Origin: Saccostrea cucullata
Lineage: Eukaryota
Direction of reading: 5' to 3'
Assembly: GCF_032062105.1 (NCBI RefSeq)
Contig: NW_026936770.1
Coordinates: 124,001-188,000, forward strand
DNA length: 64,000 bases
A program made the translations under genes and the position numbers. Each line of letters starts with the position of its first letter. The first letter of the stretch is position 1. Below are positions 61,109 through 64,000 of this stretch, piece after piece. Under the pieces are notes generated by a model. It saw only the letters and a list, made by a program, of their open reading frames with translations, had not been told where the DNA came from and searched no databases.

Positions 61109-62983
61109 ATGGCGAGATTTAGAGTATCATATAAATTGAATCCCGAATTTTTTGACATCAGTTCAGAGGACAAAACAAAAATGAGGGAGTTTGTGCCTAA
61201 AAGAAAGGTCCTGAAAACTGTTGGAAATATCCAAAGCATTATTACACACAATGCAGATGTAAACGACTTTTTGCCGCCCTGGGCGACTGAGAAATATTTT
61301 TGGGATCTGCACAAATATAAAATGGAAATGAGAGAATCTGGTGCATTGAATGCTGAATCGGAAGAAATCAAGGATTACATGCAAAGCATCATTGGAAGGG
61401 CTACAGAAATACTGAAAAACGAGAACATCTCTTTGAAGATGCTAGAACAAAAGCCAGTCATTGACAAGCAGGTCGAAGGGGAAAGTGATGAAACTGTTGT
61501 TCCTAAGGAAGACCTGGAGGAATATATCCAAAGCATCATTGAAGGCGCAAGAAAGATTGTAAAAAGCGAAACAGCCCAATTGAAAGTTTTAGAAATCAGG
61601 AAAGAGCACAAGCCAGACACTGTTAAGCAGATTGAAAGGAAGAGTGAAGAAACAACTGTTTCTAAGGAAGAATTAGAGGAATATATCCAGAGCATCATTG
61701 AAGGTGCAAGACAGATAGTAAAAAGCGAGACTGCACAATTGAAAGTTTTAGAAATCAGGAAAGAGCACAAGCCAGACACTGTTCAGCAGATTGAAAGGAA
61801 GAGTGAAGAAACAACTGTTTCTAAGGAAGAATTAGAGGAATATATCCAGAGCATCATTGAAGGTGCAAGAAAGATTGTAAAAAGCGAGACTGCACAACTG
61901 AAAGTTTTAGAAATCAGGAAAGAGCACAAGCCAGACACTGTTAAGCAGATTGAAAGGAAGAGTGAAGAAACAACTGTTTGTAAGGAAGAATTAGAGGAAT
62001 ATATCCAGAGCATCATTGAAGGTGCAAGACAGATAGTAAAAAGCGAGACTGCACAATTGAAAGTTTTAGAAATCAGGAAAGAGCACAAGCCAGACACTGT
62101 TAAGCAGATTGAAAGGAAGAGTGAAGAAACAACTGTTTCTAAGGAAGAATTAGAGGAATATATCCAGAGCATCATTGAAGGTGCAAGACAGATAGTAAAA
62201 AGCGAGACTGCACAACTGAAAGTTTTAGAAATCAGGAAAGAGCACAAGCCAGACACTGTTAAGCAGATTGAAAGGAAGAGTGAAGAAACAACTGTTTCTA
62301 AGGAAGAATTAGAGGAATATATCCAGAGCAGCATTGAAGGTGCAAGACAGACGCTTAAGAGCGGAATTACTGCATCAGAGGTTTTGGAAAACAAGAAAGA
62401 GCACAAGCCAGACATTGTAAAGCAGATCGAAAGGAAAAGTGATGAACCAACTGTTCATAAGGAAGATCTGGTGGAATATATCCAAAGCATCATTGAAAGT
62501 GCAAGACAGATAGTAAAGACCGAGATTGCCGCAACTAATGTTTCAAAAATCAAAAAAGAGATCAAGGCAGACATTGTCAAGTGGGTCGAAGGGAAAAGTG
62601 ATGAAACTGTTTGCAAAGAACACGATGTAGAGATAAAAAGCCGGACAAAGTTCAGAATGGAAGAAATCACAACCTATCAAGAAAACCTCGAGAGAAAGCA
62701 GGAACTGCAGGCAGTTCATGAAAATTTGCCTAGGGTACAATCTGTCAAGAAACTGAAAGAATTTGATGACCATTGTGTACCCAGGAGGCTCTTTTTGTTT
62801 AATATCGAAAACTTGAAAGAAAATCCAAAGAGTGAATGCCCCAGGACCTCCACAGAGACTTGTCTCAATACCAGCTCTGTACAACATTCTGTTGTGGAAT
62901 CAAGAGCGACAGAAGAAATGGTTGCTCCTAAAAGAAGAACATCTTTAAGAAGACGCATCCTTAAGTTCCTTGGATTTAAGTAA
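61109..62983 (+). CDS. Intronless orphan protein (624 aa) with about 8 tandem 53-aa (159-bp) Glu/Lys-rich helical repeats and a basic amphipathic C-terminus
   Basis: Long uninterrupted ORF with unique N- and C-termini. Repeat EETTVSKEELEEYIQSIIEGARQIVKSETAQLKVLEIRKEHKPDTVKQIERKS; ends KRRTSLRRRILKFLGFK. AATAAA near 63184. Confidence 0.75.
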   Translation: MARFRVSYKLNPEFFDISSEDKTKMREFVPKRKVLKTVGNIQSIITHNADVNDFLPPWATEKYFWDLHKYKMEMRESGALNAESEEIKDYMQSIIGRATEILKNENISLKMLEQKPVIDKQVEGESDETVVPKEDLEEYIQSIIEGARKIVKSETAQLKVLEIRKEHKPDTVKQIERKSEETTVSKEELEEYIQSIIEGARQIVKSETAQLKVLEIRKEHKPDTVQQIERKSEETTVSKEELEEYIQSIIEGARKIVKSETAQLKVLEIRKEHKPDTVKQIERKSEETTVCKEELEEYIQSIIEGARQIVKSETAQLKVLEIRKEHKPDTVKQIERKSEETTVSKEELEEYIQSIIEGARQIVKSETAQLKVLEIRKEHKPDTVKQIERKSEETTVSKEELEEYIQSSIEGARQTLKSGITASEVLENKKEHKPDIVKQIERKSDEPTVHKEDLVEYIQSIIESARQIVKTEIAATNVSKIKKEIKADIVKWVEGKSDETVCKEHDVEIKSRTKFRMEEITTYQENLERKQELQAVHENLPRVQSVKKLKEFDDHCVPRRLFLFNIENLKENPKSECPRTSTETCLNTSSVQHSVVESRATEEMVAPKRRTSLRRRILKFLGFK

Positions 62984-64000
62984 TGGCAATTTCTTGCTGA
63001 TTATACACAGAATGAAGACAATCAATATTTAACATGTGTGTTATAAAGTTTAACGTCATTGCTGGTAGATTCACAAATCCAATGTGAAACCTGCATGTGA
63101 AGAACGCTGAACACCTTTAAAGGATTAATTTTCAATATATGTAATACTTGCTACTGAGTATTTGATTTAAATTATTTCTTATCAATAAACTATTTTCAAT
63201 CTTAAGAATTTTTTTTTAAAAAGGACCAAAAAGTTAGAGGAGGGTCCACGGAAACGGAAACGCAACAAACAAAAGATGAGACGAACGCATCTTGAATGCA
63301 CGGTTTATTCAACAAAGAATTTGAAATGAGGACGAAGAGTACGAAATAGATTGACAAAATGCACCCAGATTGTTAAAAAAGCTTGATATGCCTAGCGCCA
63401 TGACAAATTTTGTTTGTGATATGCACATGGTAATTTAAACGATAAATGTTAACTGATGCTGTTTTTTCTAACACACTATCAAATGTATAATGAAAATTTC
63501 AATAATTCTATCGCGTTTTATTTCCTAAAAACCCGAGAGCGTTGTCAATCTGCTGTTGGGAAGTGGCGGCGAACTAATATTTTTACTTGTGTACGTGCGT
63601 CTAGGACGGTATACTCAAATTCTTAAACGTACTCACAGGAGTTGTAAGAATGATTTCAAAACGTAGATCCATAAGGGAGATAAGCATACTGGATTGCGAA
63701 CATTTCAGTTTTATCGGTGCACACACAGATAGCATTTTCTGCGCTCATCGTCCTCGTCGTTGTTTAGTTTGAGCTTCAATTATACATGTATATAAAATTC
63801 AAAATGACCAAAAAAATTTAATTATAAACAGAAATTGGGGTACGGTTGGAGGGGTGGGTGTGGTGGGGTTGAATATTTTTCGCTATACTATCAGTATACA
63901 TGATTTCAAAACGCATTTGAAAGCCTTTTTCAATACTCAGTACCTAAAGTTTATTTTTACATATATATGATATTAAATACAGTCTGTTTATTATACATGT

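Noticed and set aside
61375-62415. Minus-strand hydrophobic ORFs (134 and 210 aa)
   Set aside because: Antisense shadows of the repetitive 624-aa ORF, broken by a stop and lacking unique termini.

Overview
AT-rich, intron-containing eukaryotic (animal) DNA. The repeat content (Helentron/HINE elements carrying satellite arrays, TACATGTA enrichment, many MITEs) and the gene style suggest a bivalve, probably an oyster; this is inferred, not shown. I reconstructed four spliced genes by hand from splice signals and reading frame. They form two head-to-head pairs: STX17 (-; last exon not located, probably upstream of position 1) with ADAM17/TACE-like (+, 22 coding exons, 769 aa), and KRIT1/CCM1 (-, 14 coding exons, 756 aa) with an uncharacterised ankyrin-repeat gene (+, 23 coding exons, 1166 aa). 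The right third is repeat-rich. It holds an intronless SSNA1/NA14-like ORF, IS3EU-type elements and an intronless 624-aa orphan ORF built of 53-aa repeats. Main points of interest: (1) the catalytic Glu of ADAM17 (HELGH) is encoded by a 6-nt microexon, so skipping it would give an in-frame dead enzyme; (2) at least eight local duplications or tandem arrays copy exon-boundary or exon sequence in all four genes, seven of them retaining splice sites and so creating decoys; (3) the ankyrin protein ends in an IST1-like MIM1 (ESCRT/MIT-binding) helix; (4) the orphan ORF has 8 tandem AKAP-like amphipathic helices, a PKA site and a CRE just upstream; (5) there is a U12 intron, a GC-AG intron and a tRNA-in-LTR TRIM-like element. 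Family assignments come from remembered protein motifs; no database search was run.
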